Virus record (IMG/VR): IMGVR_UViG_3300017766_005465
Span: 1-64,000 of that record
Length of the DNA stretch: 64,000 bases
Direction: 5' to 3' (one strand)
Origin: a virus
Of this stretch, positions 28,446 through 39,006 are shown piece by piece. Position numbers and translations under genes: made by a program. The stretch's first letter is position 1; each line of letters opens with the position of its first letter. The notes beneath the pieces are model-generated. The model was not told the origin of the DNA. It ran no database searches and saw only the letters and a list, made by a program, of their open reading frames with translations.

Positions 28446-31339
28446 TGGGATTTTTTGAGGAACTTCAGCAGGTAAAGGAACTCTCCTCGCGCACGTCGGA
28501 GGCCATGGGGGGAGTGTACGCTGACCCATTCAACGAGATCGCCACGGTGGTCTCGGTAAGTGATCCTAAGAAGCTCGGTAGGGTGAAGGTGGAGTACCAG
28601 GACGGTACGACGAGCGACTGGGCCTACGTACTCGGTAGTGGCAAGGGACTGCTCAGCGCCCAGCTCATCGGCTCCAGTTGCCTCGTGGGGAAGGCCCATG
28701 GCAACTCCGGAGACGCTTTCATCCTAGGGTTTTTCAATAAGAACCCCAACGTAGGTTCGGGTGGGGCCCCGGTGCAGATCACCACGCTTAACGAGCAGGT
28801 AGCGCCCTACAGCGCCCCCTCCTCGCCAGGAGATCAGGGCCTGAGATGTAACAGGGGGAATGGGGGAAGAGTTTACCTACTCGAGAGCGAGATGAACCAG
28901 GATGTTGTCGTCTGCATGCGACGCAACAACCCGCAGGAGGGGGGCGAGGAGGTATGGAACTGGAAATCCCTCACCAGCAGCAAGTGGATAGAGAAGGGTT
29001 TCGATCCAGGAGTCCAGGACGCCACCGTCACCGACCTCTCTCAGAAGAAGGGCATACCGCAGTGCAACCAGGCCCAGGAAGGGGATGTTAGGGACTTTGC
29101 CGAGGACCGGAAGTTCAGAACCTTCCAGATAAAGTGCGGAAGAGATGAGAACGGAAACTTCACCTGGAAGCCGGCGGGTGCCACTCCTATATTCATCAGA
29201 AGCCTACTACCGGATTGTACAGACGCCATTCACGGGATGGACGCTGTACTGGACGACGGGATCAACTCCCAGCGCATAAGCTGCCTGAGGTACCAGGGCG
29301 CGCTGAAGTGGGTCAATCCTGGCAAACGAGAACCCATCCAACTCCACTCAAAGGACGCTCCTATGACGAAGGAGGAGGTTCTGAATAGTGCCAAGCCCAT
29401 ACCCGCGCTCAAGGACGGGAGTTCGGGGATGGGAGGCGGGGATTTTGTGGGCAATTCGGCCCCGGATGTCCTCAAGATGGCGGCTAAGGCCATACCAGCC
29501 GCCCTGGAGACAACTCCCCTGGGCGTAGCGCTCAAGGCCGCCAATGCTCTGTCCGGCAGTTTCGACGGAGCTAAACTTCTGACCGACATCGCCAAGACCG
29601 TCATAGTCAATAACTCCACTCTGCCGGTGGGTAGCATAGTCTCCCAGATCACGTCCGCGCTCGACTCCTCGGGGGTCATAGATGACGACACTTCAGCGGT
29701 GCTTAGGACACTCGGAGGAGTGGGGGATCAGTTGCTGAGAGGCGCGAGGAATAATACAGTGGATGATTCGCTGGAGATCATAGGTCGCAAGGCTCTCAAC
29801 CAGAGCATAAAAACCCTATCCCCAGAGGCCTCCTCGGTGTACTTCGGGTACATGGCGGGGGGCATAGCCGGGGCCATGGACGTTGCCTCGGCCCTCAAGC
29901 TCTCCGTCATCCCCGAGGAGGTGAACAGCGTGATCAGACCGGCTCTGGAGGCCGGTGCTGACGTGATCAGACGGCAACCCAAGGCCGTGGAGAAGCTCGT
30001 GGGTAGCGCGACAGGGGGGCCTGGAGCGGCCCCATTCGACCAGGCCATCTCCACACTCCAGAAGGTGGTTCCCATGGTCCCTGGGGTGGTCTCGGGGGTC
30101 ACCAGCGCACTCAATTCCGAGGAGCTTGGGGAGGTGGCCTCGACCCTGGCATCCTTCTCCGGCCTTCCCAGCATACCAAAGTTCGACGGGGTAGCGGACC
30201 TTCCCCAGATCGCCTCCACAGCCCTACAGGCGCTGGAGTTGGGCAAGCAGTTCCTCGATGTGTTCAAGGGTGGTATCTCGCTGGAGGGTTTGGGCAAACT
30301 TCTAGGTGGTAATCCTGTGGTGGGATTGCTCGGAGGACTGACGTCAGGTCTCTTCGGTGGAGGAGGCGGTGAGTGCCCCTGTGACCCCAAGTGCCGGAAG
30401 ACCGAGCACTTCAAGGACTCCGATGGCAACAACTTGCTGGAGAAGTGTGGCAATGTGGTGGCGAATAGCGCCAGCGCCTACTCGCCCGAGGGCGATCCTA
30501 CTCGCAACAACGAGAACGAGGTAGCGGAAACGCTGGGGAAAATTGCCACTAAGGTGGGTGAGGAGCTCTGCATTCCTAACACCTGGGATCTTACGGAGAT
30601 GATCCAGGACGTAAAAAGGCTCGGGGAGATGGCCGACAGGCTCAACAGTGCCAAAGACGCCGACTGGCCCGAGTTGTGGTCGGAGTTGGTCTACACCTTC
30701 GAGACGGTGGAGAAGGCCTTTAAGAAGACCGATAACAACATAACCAAGGTGGAGTCGGTTGAAAGAAAACTCATAGACGCCCAGCATCGCCTCATCAACA
30801 AACTGATGGTGGGAAATGAGTCCTTTCTATCCCAGACCCTACTGAGCATAGTAACAACCTCCAAGGCCATACGTGACGTCTACACGTACGTGAGAAGACT
30901 CGATGCAGTGAAGAAGGGCGGAGGGGCAGGGGTCACGGTCACCGAAAACCTATCCAACGTCTTCGACAACATCATCAGGATCGCCAAACTCAACGGCGTC
31001 TCCAAGAAAGAGGCAACCTTCATAACCGAGAGGTTTCTAAAATCCGCCGATGCGGAGTGGAAAGATCTCAACCCCGCCAAGGGACTGGTTGATCTGACGG
31101 ACTTCGTGCTAGGCATCGTGCCGAAGGACCTGCCCGCCGTATTCGACAAGTGCCTCACTAAGAACAACAAGGATAAGGTACTGAGCGATTCCCTCGAGTC
31201 CAAGATCAACTCCCCGTTCCCCCAAGCTCCCCAGTCCCTCCTCGACTCCAAGCTACCCCAATCGCCCAGAATCCCCTCCCTACTCGATCAGATAACTTAT
31301 GAACAAGGCCGAGCTCAAAGCGGAGAAGCAAACTGTTAA
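28445..31339 (+). CDS. Baseplate central spike (gp5/VgrG OB-fold) with a long C-terminal extension
   Basis: ATVVSVSDPKKLGRVKV...SDWA OB-fold motif. Start placed at the ATG overlapping the upstream TAA. Confidence 0.75.
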   Translation: MGFFEELQQVKELSSRTSEAMGGVYADPFNEIATVVSVSDPKKLGRVKVEYQDGTTSDWAYVLGSGKGLLSAQLIGSSCLVGKAHGNSGDAFILGFFNKNPNVGSGGAPVQITTLNEQVAPYSAPSSPGDQGLRCNRGNGGRVYLLESEMNQDVVVCMRRNNPQEGGEEVWNWKSLTSSKWIEKGFDPGVQDATVTDLSQKKGIPQCNQAQEGDVRDFAEDRKFRTFQIKCGRDENGNFTWKPAGATPIFIRSLLPDCTDAIHGMDAVLDDGINSQRISCLRYQGALKWVNPGKREPIQLHSKDAPMTKEEVLNSAKPIPALKDGSSGMGGGDFVGNSAPDVLKMAAKAIPAALETTPLGVALKAANALSGSFDGAKLLTDIAKTVIVNNSTLPVGSIVSQITSALDSSGVIDDDTSAVLRTLGGVGDQLLRGARNNTVDDSLEIIGRKALNQSIKTLSPEASSVYFGYMAGGIAGAMDVASALKLSVIPEEVNSVIRPALEAGADVIRRQPKAVEKLVGSATGGPGAAPFDQAISTLQKVVPMVPGVVSGVTSALNSEELGEVASTLASFSGLPSIPKFDGVADLPQIASTALQALELGKQFLDVFKGGISLEGLGKLLGGNPVVGLLGGLTSGLFGGGGGECPCDPKCRKTEHFKDSDGNNLLEKCGNVVANSASAYSPEGDPTRNNENEVAETLGKIATKVGEELCIPNTWDLTEMIQDVKRLGEMADRLNSAKDADWPELWSELVYTFETVEKAFKKTDNNITKVESVERKLIDAQHRLINKLMVGNESFLSQTLLSIVTTSKAIRDVYTYVRRLDAVKKGGGAGVTVTENLSNVFDNIIRIAKLNGVSKKEATFITERFLKSADAEWKDLNPAKGLVDLTDFVLGIVPKDLPAVFDKCLTKNNKDKVLSDSLESKINSPFPQAPQSLLDSKLPQSPRIPSLLDQITYEQGRAQSGEANC

Positions 31340-32912
31340 GGAGATGGAGGGGGAAGTACTCTCCCTCTCACCCTCTGACAAACAGGAGTTGCTAAGGCTG
31401 AAATGCCGCACGGACTTTCTCACCTTCGCGCGTTACATCACATCCGAGGTCCCAGTCGCTGGGACATTCAAACCGTTCAAAGTCCACTACAAGATCGGGG
31501 ATTTCCTGCAGCGCATCGGCGACGGGGAGGAGGACTACAAGCAGACGGCGGTCTCCCTTCCTCCGCGTACGGGAAAGTCCCTGCTCATCTCCAAGATCTT
31601 TCCGGCCTGGCAGATGGGCCGGAGTCCGTCGGCTCAGTTTATCATGAGTTCGTACGCTCTCCAGCTTACAAACGAGAACTCCAGGGCGGTTATAGAGTAC
31701 ATCTCCCACGAGCAGTTCAAGTGGATCTTTCCGGAGTGCGAGGTGGATAGGGATAAATGCAATCTAGGGGCGATCCGTAGTGGCAATGGCGGGCTTATCA
31801 AGATCGCCTCGGCTGGGGGTAATGTCACAGGCTTTGGTTTTGGAGTGATTAGCGATGAGGAATTGCCGGGTGTCGGGATCCTGGACGACCTTCTCGCGGA
31901 TGGTAACTCTCCAACCATCATGGAGTCTACGTTCGCCTGGACGCAGACGCAGTTCCTTACCCGTGGTCTGCCCAACCACGCCATCATCTCCATGGGCACG
32001 AGGTTTCACGTTGACGATGTCATAGGCAGGTTGCTGAAAGCCGACCCAGAGGGCTGGAGGGAGCTCAACGTTCCGGCGCTGTGCATCGACGAGGAGAACG
32101 ACGTGCTCGGGCGGGAGCTCGGGGAGTCGCACTGGCCTGAGTTCTTCCCAGTGCAGAACCTCCATGCCATACGCAAGTCTATCGGGGACAGGGATTTCAA
32201 CTCTCTGTATCAGGGGAGACCGGCAGGTGAGCAGGGGGCCATCTTCAAGGAGACGTGGTTCGATTACCACTCGAAGAATCTCGGGAAATACGGATTCATC
32301 TACGCCACCATAGATACCGCGTACAAGGCGGAGAGGATGAACGACTACACCGCGATATGTATCTGGGGTTACGACAGAGCGAATACCAAACTCCACCTCA
32401 TCCACTACATCCTTGAGAGGCTGGAATTCCCCGATCTTGAGAAGATCTTCCCGCAACTCATCAAGCAGTGGAAGATACGGTGCATATACATCGAGGGCAG
32501 GGCTCAGGGCGTACCTCTTATCCAGACCCTGAAACGCTCGGTTAACATCTCCATCAAGGAGCTGGTTCCTAACAAGGACAAGGTGCTGAGAGCGAATGCT
32601 ATCGCCCCCGTGGTGGAGGGTGGCGCCGTCTCCCTGTACGAGAATCTGCCCAACCTAGCGGATAGGATTGCCGAACTTACATCCTTCCCGTACATCAAAA
32701 ACGACGACTTCGTGGACGCTTTCGTCTACGGTGTCACCGTGTACAGGGACGAGATTATGGGAGGGAAGGCGGTAAGCGGTGGGGAGAGGCGTAGACTGCC
32801 ACAGTTGGTCCATGATCCCTACTACCGTGGGGGAAGTAGGAGAGTCTCTACCGACATAGGATTGGTGGGAACCAGGATGGATCGCGGGTACAGCGGCACT
32901 CGTTACCTATAA
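31299..32912 (+). CDS. terL: Terminase large subunit
   Basis: PPRTGKS Walker A, GILDD Walker B, MGTRFH, LYQGRP, TIDTA, IEGRAQG and DDFVDA nuclease motifs. Confidence 0.95.
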   Translation: MNKAELKAEKQTVKEMEGEVLSLSPSDKQELLRLKCRTDFLTFARYITSEVPVAGTFKPFKVHYKIGDFLQRIGDGEEDYKQTAVSLPPRTGKSLLISKIFPAWQMGRSPSAQFIMSSYALQLTNENSRAVIEYISHEQFKWIFPECEVDRDKCNLGAIRSGNGGLIKIASAGGNVTGFGFGVISDEELPGVGILDDLLADGNSPTIMESTFAWTQTQFLTRGLPNHAIISMGTRFHVDDVIGRLLKADPEGWRELNVPALCIDEENDVLGRELGESHWPEFFPVQNLHAIRKSIGDRDFNSLYQGRPAGEQGAIFKETWFDYHSKNLGKYGFIYATIDTAYKAERMNDYTAICIWGYDRANTKLHLIHYILERLEFPDLEKIFPQLIKQWKIRCIYIEGRAQGVPLIQTLKRSVNISIKELVPNKDKVLRANAIAPVVEGGAVSLYENLPNLADRIAELTSFPYIKNDDFVDAFVYGVTVYRDEIMGGKAVSGGERRRLPQLVHDPYYRGGSRRVSTDIGLVGTRMDRGYSGTRYL

Positions 32913-32924
32913 CGGGCGTTTGTA

Positions 32925-32933
32925 TGGTATAAT
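32925..32933 (+). promoter_or_regulatory. Extended -10 (sigma70-type) promoter
   Basis: TGGTATAAT upstream of the thioredoxin-sigma operon. The same element occurs upstream of several replication and metabolism genes. Confidence 0.7.
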
Positions 32934-32965
32934 GCGTTCGTATCACCTTGCAAGGATTACAAATT

Positions 32966-33283
32966 ATGACAGATCAACAGTTCAAGTACCGGGTGGTCTT
33001 CTTTCAACAACCCGGTTGCGTTGCGTGCAACACCATGAAGCCGGTATGGTCGGCGGCGGCTAACGAGCTCTCTGAGGAGTACCCTCACTACTCCATAGGT
33101 TTTGGCGAGTGGGACGTTACAACCGACGAGTGGGAGTTCTGCGACCAGATCGAGTGCGATGGCACTCCGAACTTCGCCGTGTTCGACGAAGACTCGGAGC
33201 TCCTAGGTATAAATACCGATGGCATTCTTGCTAAGTCCCAACTCAAGGACTTCATCGTGGGCGCCATAGAAACCAACAACTAA
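32966..33283 (+). CDS. Thioredoxin-like protein
   Basis: FFQQPGCVACNTMKP and GTPNF (cis-Pro) motifs. Confidence 0.85.
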   Translation: MTDQQFKYRVVFFQQPGCVACNTMKPVWSAAANELSEEYPHYSIGFGEWDVTTDEWEFCDQIECDGTPNFAVFDEDSELLGINTDGILAKSQLKDFIVGAIETNN

Positions 33284-34035
33284 TGAACACGAACTTTACA
33301 ACAACGCCCCGCCGTGGCTCTAGAAAGGAGACAGAGCGGGACCGTCAGATCATCTCGCAGATGTGGAAGGCCAACCAGGTCGCGAGACGGATCTCCAGTT
33401 TTACCGGGTTGCCCTACGAGGAGCTTAGGGACGCGGCTCTCGAGTACATTGTCAGGATCTACGACTCGTGGGATCAGAGTAAGGGAGCCAATTTCTCCAC
33501 GTGGGTGAATAGGTGCCTCCAGTTCCACATGCTTAACTACCTCCGGGACAATAGCCGGCTCGTAAAGATCCCCCGCTCCTACTCCGATCTCTACCTGAAG
33601 ATCCGTAAGTACCTCATAGAGGACCCCGATATAACCGACGACAAGATCTCCGAGAAGATCCAGGTGTCGGCGAAAAAGATCCGGGCGGTGCGCCAGGCTT
33701 TCTCCATGAGCTTCTCGCAGATAACGGAGTACTCAAATGTCATCGAACCCGACTACGAGACGGAACTGACCTTCGCGGACCTTCTGGGGTCGCATAACGA
33801 CCTGCTGTGCAGGATCACCGAACTGGAGCCCGGGGACGAGGCGTTCCTCACCGACTACCTGGTGAAGAAGAGAAGCGTATCCACGTTGGTTCGTAAGAAC
33901 CCCCACCTACGCAACGCCGAGGACATCAAGCGCTACTCGGAACAACTGATAGAATTTATCCTATGCGACGGACCGTTACCATCCAAGAAACCCCCTACAG
34001 TAAAGGCGGCTTCGAAAAAAAGTGGAGTGAAGTAA
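33283..34035 (+). CDS. Phage RNA polymerase sigma factor (sigma70 family, SigF-like)
   Basis: Region 2: YEELRDAA...WDQSKGANFSTWV...LNYLRDNSRLVKIPR. Region 4 appears degenerate. Confidence 0.85.
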   Translation: MNTNFTTTPRRGSRKETERDRQIISQMWKANQVARRISSFTGLPYEELRDAALEYIVRIYDSWDQSKGANFSTWVNRCLQFHMLNYLRDNSRLVKIPRSYSDLYLKIRKYLIEDPDITDDKISEKIQVSAKKIRAVRQAFSMSFSQITEYSNVIEPDYETELTFADLLGSHNDLLCRITELEPGDEAFLTDYLVKKRSVSTLVRKNPHLRNAEDIKRYSEQLIEFILCDGPLPSKKPPTVKAASKKSGVK

Positions 34036-34661
34036 CTTCCGCGACGGAGTGCAATTACTTCGTGAGGGGGGAGGACGAGGCCTTTCTGAACTCCGTTGTC
34101 GACCTCATTCCCCGGTGGAAGGTGACGAAGGATCGCGGGCCCGTGAGGTACAAGATCCGCAGTAAGAAGTTCCAGGGCAAGGCCGTGAGAGGGATCGTCA
34201 TGATTACGTCTAAGTCTAAACGCGAGGTCTGGTTGGGCAAGGGCAAGGTGGTCGACGAACTATTCCCCAGGAAGATCGAGTTGCCCGAGTACAAGAGGAA
34301 TAAGAAGGATGCTCTGGTCGCTATGAGGCAGATCATCGATCCTCAGATCAAGACGTTCCGCGCGAGTGTCAACAGGCAGCTCAAAAAGAAGCCGTTGAAA
34401 TGCTCCCTAAGTGGCGAGTTCATCAACTCGGGCGAATTTCACATAGACCACCGATACCCCTTCAAGAACCTTGTGGAGGAGTGGTGCAGGGATGAGAGGG
34501 TGGATCTTGAGAACGTTGACGTGTACTGCAGGGGGACGAAGTGTTACTTTAAGGACACGGATCTGGCGGAGAGCTGGTTCGATTATCACATGATGAACGC
34601 TCAGCTGCAGGCGCTCAGCGCCAAGGCCAATCTTGAGAAGGGCGCCAAGTACTACGGTTAG
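33963..34661 (+). CDS. Putative HNH-like nuclease
   Basis: KCSLSG...FHIDHRYPF...W..YH...LQALSAKANL. Basic protein. Confidence 0.5.
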   Translation: MRRTVTIQETPYSKGGFEKKWSEVTSATECNYFVRGEDEAFLNSVVDLIPRWKVTKDRGPVRYKIRSKKFQGKAVRGIVMITSKSKREVWLGKGKVVDELFPRKIELPEYKRNKKDALVAMRQIIDPQIKTFRASVNRQLKKKPLKCSLSGEFINSGEFHIDHRYPFKNLVEEWCRDERVDLENVDVYCRGTKCYFKDTDLAESWFDYHMMNAQLQALSAKANLEKGAKYYG

Positions 34662-35356
34662 CGCTTCTTTTTCTTGGAGCTTTTCTTAGGCTTGGAGGGG
34701 GCTTTGCCCTCCACGGCGAATCCGGAGCCACTGCGCTCGGCTATCTCGTCCCCGAGCCCTGTGAACTTCAACCCGGCCAGCTCCGAGCTGAGATCCACGT
34801 CATCGAACATCACCTCGAAGATCTCCGTGGCGGCGTCGGCGATAATACTCTCCACCCCCTCCGCGGTCTTCCGCCCGGTGAGCCACGGCTTACGCTTATC
34901 CACAGCACCGGCGTAGCCCATCTTGTTCGTCATCTCGTACACGCCCTGCGACTTGCGGTTGACGTAGTGGGAGCCGTAGAGCCTACCCGATATGATTCTC
35001 ACACCCTCCTCCTTGTACCTACGCTTGAGGAACTGGATGACGGCGCCGTCGGGATTCTGCGCCTCTATGTACCCCTCGAGTTCCTTCACGGCGCTCTCAG
35101 CGCGCATGATGAGAGCCTCGCCAGGCTTGCCCTCAAACTCGATCTCCACGCTGGACTCTTGCAGCGCCCTGATGTACTGCGAGAGGTTGTACTCAACCTC
35201 CTCCGTGTACTTCTCCGCAACGTGGGCGAGAGTGGCCTTCCTCACACCCTCCATCTGGGAGCGGAGGATCTGGTTCCTGGCCATATCCATGACCTCCTTC
35301 TTGGAGGAGGAGAGCACCGCTCCCATTACCACACCGGCGAGCGCTTTGTAGATCAT
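34658..35356 (-). CDS. Hypothetical protein (possible virion morphogenesis)
   Basis: 232 aa coupled (ATGA) to the hub gene, with a basic C-terminal tail. Confidence 0.55.
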   Translation of the reverse strand: MIYKALAGVVMGAVLSSSKKEVMDMARNQILRSQMEGVRKATLAHVAEKYTEEVEYNLSQYIRALQESSVEIEFEGKPGEALIMRAESAVKELEGYIEAQNPDGAVIQFLKRRYKEEGVRIISGRLYGSHYVNRKSQGVYEMTNKMGYAGAVDKRKPWLTGRKTAEGVESIIADAATEIFEVMFDDVDLSSELAGLKFTGLGDEIAERSGSGFAVEGKAPSKPKKSSKKKKR

Positions 35357-38300
35357 GAGGGTTTATCGCACTTGATCTGGTTGAAGTACTTTCTTGCCGC
35401 TGGACTACGATTACCCACTTCAAATTCGGGATCGCGCGGAACCTCAAACTCTCTCATGAACCACTCCATCGCTTTTTCGGGGGTTTTTGAGTTATTCATT
35501 TTGTCTATAGTGGATTTATACTTACCCTCTAACTCTTTCTTTAGGAAGCTTAGTTGCTGATCTAAGGAGCAATTTCTTCCGCATTTGTAAGTGTTAGCGA
35601 GATCGTCCGCCCTGCTTCCGCACCACTGAACGAGTCCGTAACCCGTGGTTCCCAGGACCCTAGATGGCGTACTACCACACCCTCTACCGGGACTCGAACC
35701 GTTGTGCACGTTAAAATTAACTCCGCTCTCCTTCTCCATGTTTGCCAGAGCTCCCGCCAGGGCTTCTCGAGTCTTCAAACCGGCTGACATAAGACCATTT
35801 ATAATGGAGTCTTTTGCTGGATCTCCTATCTTGCAGGTTCCAGGAGGGAAGGATGCTGCCACGTCCGTAGGTGAGGTGGAGTCACTGCCCTGGCTGAGGA
35901 ACTCGCTGAGGTTCTGGGCCTCGGGGCAGTAGAGTTCGGTGGAGTCCTTACCATCCACCTTCCAGTTCAACCCGCCCAAAGACCTGATGTAGTCGTAGTA
36001 GTTGCTGGTTATTTTGGCGTCACCGGAATCCCTCATACTCTTGAGGTAGTTTGTGAAGGTAGGTACGCGGGTCAGCTGAGTCCCCCACGCGCTTACGGCC
36101 TCTATCTGCACGCGCAGGTCCCCCTCCCTCCAGCGATACTCGCACTCATTAACGAACCAGTTCTTAAACCGGTTGGGGATCCAGACGCCGGGATCCCTGC
36201 TCGCGGGCCTGCCCTCCTCCACCCAGGCGTCGTAGTCGGTGATAAACGAGAGGATGGTTCTGCCCGGGATGATGCGCAGGGACCTTGGAATGCCCTTAAA
36301 GCTTGTTTCCATTGTCAGGCCCTGGGTGGCGGGGGAGCCGGATATTGTCGGTTTGCTCTTACCTCCACCGGAGGAAACACTCATTCCGGCCAGGTTGGGT
36401 GGTATAGATTTATCCTGAAGATGGCATATCAGTAATTCGGGTCCTTCGGGAGGTTTGAAAGCAACACCGTTTCCGCAGTCGCTTCCACCCACTCCGGGGC
36501 CAGCGGCTACAATTGTACCGGTCACGCTTACTGGTTCTCCAGCTTTTATGGGGTAGTCTATTCCAGCATGATCTCTTCCAGCGCCGAATCCTTGGCCCTG
36601 CGTATAGGACGTAAGTGACTTGCCAGCTACAGTAACGTACTTGGATGCTAGTGAGCGTAATTGCTGCTCGGAGAGAGTTCTGCTGGTGGATTCCTGGATA
36701 TGAACGTGGGGTCCTGAGGATTGCCCAGTAGACCCCACTCTGCCGACGATGAATCCTTCCGATGGTGCCGATGACGAAGCGGAGGAGGCCGGGGCGGTTG
36801 CAGTGCCCGCCTTGCGGGCTTTCTCCGCGGCGATAGCTCTCATTGTTGGATCCATCAGCTGCTTATAGAGCGCTTCCTTCTGAGCGGGGGTTCCCGACGT
36901 AAAGATCCGAGAGGTCGGATCGTCCATCCTTCCCACCTCGAGTATCGTCCCGCCGCGCTTAGGAACCGCTAGACCATCTCTCCAATTTTTATTGAAAGCC
37001 CCATACTGGGACGCAAGAGCGTCATCTAACGGCCAGATTTGCTTACCTCCGGTCGGTGGAATAACACCACTGTTTCCCGATTTTTGGTCGTTGTGTATCT
37101 CTATAACCTGTCTACCTCCCGATACTCCAGCGCTAGTTTTAGCGTACTGGGATCTAGGATCAGTCTCGGGTATACTTCCTGACGAGGGTAAATAAAATTC
37201 TACAAAGTCCGAGACACCGTACGCGCTAGCGTTTCGCTGCGCCCACTTAACAAGTTCGACGTTTAACTTCGCTTCATTGGGAGCGCCTGAGGAAGTAAAA
37301 TCGGCGTGACCCGCCATCAATAGTATTTTGGAAGGTTTATTGGTTGTAGTAGCCTTCCAGTCTTTAAGATTCTGCTTGGGGGCTGACGGTACTACACCAC
37401 CACCAGACCCCACTACAGCGGGACTTTGGGTGGTTGGTATATCAGTCTCAGGGAACGCCCACTCCCACACGATCTTAGGATTGATGACGGTGAGTTGGTC
37501 GTTATGCCCCATGATGTAGAATCTGACAAACTCGGGCTTATCGGAGGTGGAGGAGCCGAGCTCCTGACTGATCTCCACCTTATCCTTGGGCTTCACCTTC
37601 ACCGACGATAGGTTGGTGGACTCCTGAAACACAGGCCTAAAGAAGCACTTCTGGCTCCCTTCCTTCTCACAGATCTGCAGGGCAAATTTTGTCTTGATGA
37701 GTACCCGCCCGCTCCCCTCGATGGCCTCCTGAACCACCCCGCTCAGAAACGAGATGGAGGTGGTGCCGTTGGGCGCCGTGCCAAAGAGCTTCAGGCCATC
37801 CTTCTGGATCTTTGTGGCCTCCTCGTTGGTCACCTGCGCGCTCTTCGCGTTGGAGGAAGCCGGCTTAGCCTCCCGCCACACGTACCCAGTCGTCGAGGGG
37901 GCGTTCTTTACGTGCTTGGGGGCCTTCTCGAAGAGACCGGGGAAGGCGACCTTTTTGACCTTCTCCATGGCCTTCTTTCTCTTCTGGGGCACCATGTCCC
38001 CCAGGACGTAGGTGGAAGCTTTGAAAGCCTCGGAGAGGTACGGGTCGGCGTTATTCCGATTGGAGCCGGACTCGGCGTTGAGGGCCAGGATGGTCAGTTC
38101 CGGTTGGCCGTTGATCTCGTACCCTTCGTAGAGGCCTTTGCCGAGGTAGAATACGGAACACCCTTGATTGATCTCGCCCCTGGAGCACATGGAGATCTTA
38201 TTCGCGTAATCGCGTGTTGGCATGGAGAGGAAGTTACCACTGACCGAGTCGAGGACTTTCTTAATCGCCTCGTCGACAGTCACCCCGGTGTAACGCACCG

Positions 38301-38994
38301 TGCGGGGGAGTATCCTCTTCTTGGTCGGATCGGAGTTGGTATTGGAGCAGAAGGACACCGAGTACCCCTGGCCTTCCGCTAGGTCCTTCAGGGCCTTGTC
38401 GATGGGCAGGCCCTCGTCCAGGGAGATGTTGACCAGCGACTGATTGAATAGTATGGAGCGGGCTTCCTGCCCGCGAATGGTCACGCTCGGGTACCTAGCT
38501 CCGTGGGAGATGGAGAGGCCATTGACCCTGAAGTAGAAGTCGGAGCCGAATGACGTCCCCTTGACATCGTACCACAGCGACAGGACGAGGAAGGGGAATT
38601 TGCTTACGGAGGTGGTTCCGTCCGACTCACTATCAACGTACTTGAAGCACTTGTCGGTGTAGGGATCCTGCCCCTCCCCACACGGGGGAAGGAGTATGTT
38701 GTTCGCGGAGAAGATATTGGACTGCGTGTACAGGCTGGCGGCGTCGAAGAGCGCTGGCCAGGCCAGTCCCGTGAGGTAGGGATCGCTGATCGTTACGGAG
38801 CAGGTGGAGGCTGAGAGCGCGTTGGTGCTGACGGAAGCCTCCGTCGAGGAGTCCGCGTTAGCGAACGCCGCGTTAGGCTTCCACTTCAGTTTTACGTTTA
38901 GCTCCTGTATCTGCCTTTCGTCGAAGACGATAAGCTGCTCCGATCCGGAGGGACGGTAGCCTACGCGGGCTCTGCAACGGTACAGACTCGACAC
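35353..38994 (-). CDS. Baseplate hub / tail-associated lysin with amidase_3, M23 peptidase and phage tail lysozyme domains
   Basis: gpD/gp27-like N terminus. Amidase ILLMAGH...E...IEIHND...ILEVG. M23 motifs GPHVH and HAGID. Lysozyme GALANMEKESG...GYGLVQW...FEVP. Confidence 0.85.
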   Translation of the reverse strand: MSSLYRCRARVGYRPSGSEQLIVFDERQIQELNVKLKWKPNAAFANADSSTEASVSTNALSASTCSVTISDPYLTGLAWPALFDAASLYTQSNIFSANNILLPPCGEGQDPYTDKCFKYVDSESDGTTSVSKFPFLVLSLWYDVKGTSFGSDFYFRVNGLSISHGARYPSVTIRGQEARSILFNQSLVNISLDEGLPIDKALKDLAEGQGYSVSFCSNTNSDPTKKRILPRTVRYTGVTVDEAIKKVLDSVSGNFLSMPTRDYANKISMCSRGEINQGCSVFYLGKGLYEGYEINGQPELTILALNAESGSNRNNADPYLSEAFKASTYVLGDMVPQKRKKAMEKVKKVAFPGLFEKAPKHVKNAPSTTGYVWREAKPASSNAKSAQVTNEEATKIQKDGLKLFGTAPNGTTSISFLSGVVQEAIEGSGRVLIKTKFALQICEKEGSQKCFFRPVFQESTNLSSVKVKPKDKVEISQELGSSTSDKPEFVRFYIMGHNDQLTVINPKIVWEWAFPETDIPTTQSPAVVGSGGGVVPSAPKQNLKDWKATTTNKPSKILLMAGHADFTSSGAPNEAKLNVELVKWAQRNASAYGVSDFVEFYLPSSGSIPETDPRSQYAKTSAGVSGGRQVIEIHNDQKSGNSGVIPPTGGKQIWPLDDALASQYGAFNKNWRDGLAVPKRGGTILEVGRMDDPTSRIFTSGTPAQKEALYKQLMDPTMRAIAAEKARKAGTATAPASSASSSAPSEGFIVGRVGSTGQSSGPHVHIQESTSRTLSEQQLRSLASKYVTVAGKSLTSYTQGQGFGAGRDHAGIDYPIKAGEPVSVTGTIVAAGPGVGGSDCGNGVAFKPPEGPELLICHLQDKSIPPNLAGMSVSSGGGKSKPTISGSPATQGLTMETSFKGIPRSLRIIPGRTILSFITDYDAWVEEGRPASRDPGVWIPNRFKNWFVNECEYRWREGDLRVQIEAVSAWGTQLTRVPTFTNYLKSMRDSGDAKITSNYYDYIRSLGGLNWKVDGKDSTELYCPEAQNLSEFLSQGSDSTSPTDVAASFPPGTCKIGDPAKDSIINGLMSAGLKTREALAGALANMEKESGVNFNVHNGSSPGRGCGSTPSRVLGTTGYGLVQWCGSRADDLANTYKCGRNCSLDQQLSFLKKELEGKYKSTIDKMNNSKTPEKAMEWFMREFEVPRDPEFEVGNRSPAARKYFNQIKCDKPS

Positions 38995-39006
38995 ATCGGG
39001 CGCTTA

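Noticed and set aside
24017-38994. Bacterial T6SS or extracellular contractile injection system
   Set aside because: TerL and phage replication genes are interleaved with the baseplate genes, indicating a true phage.
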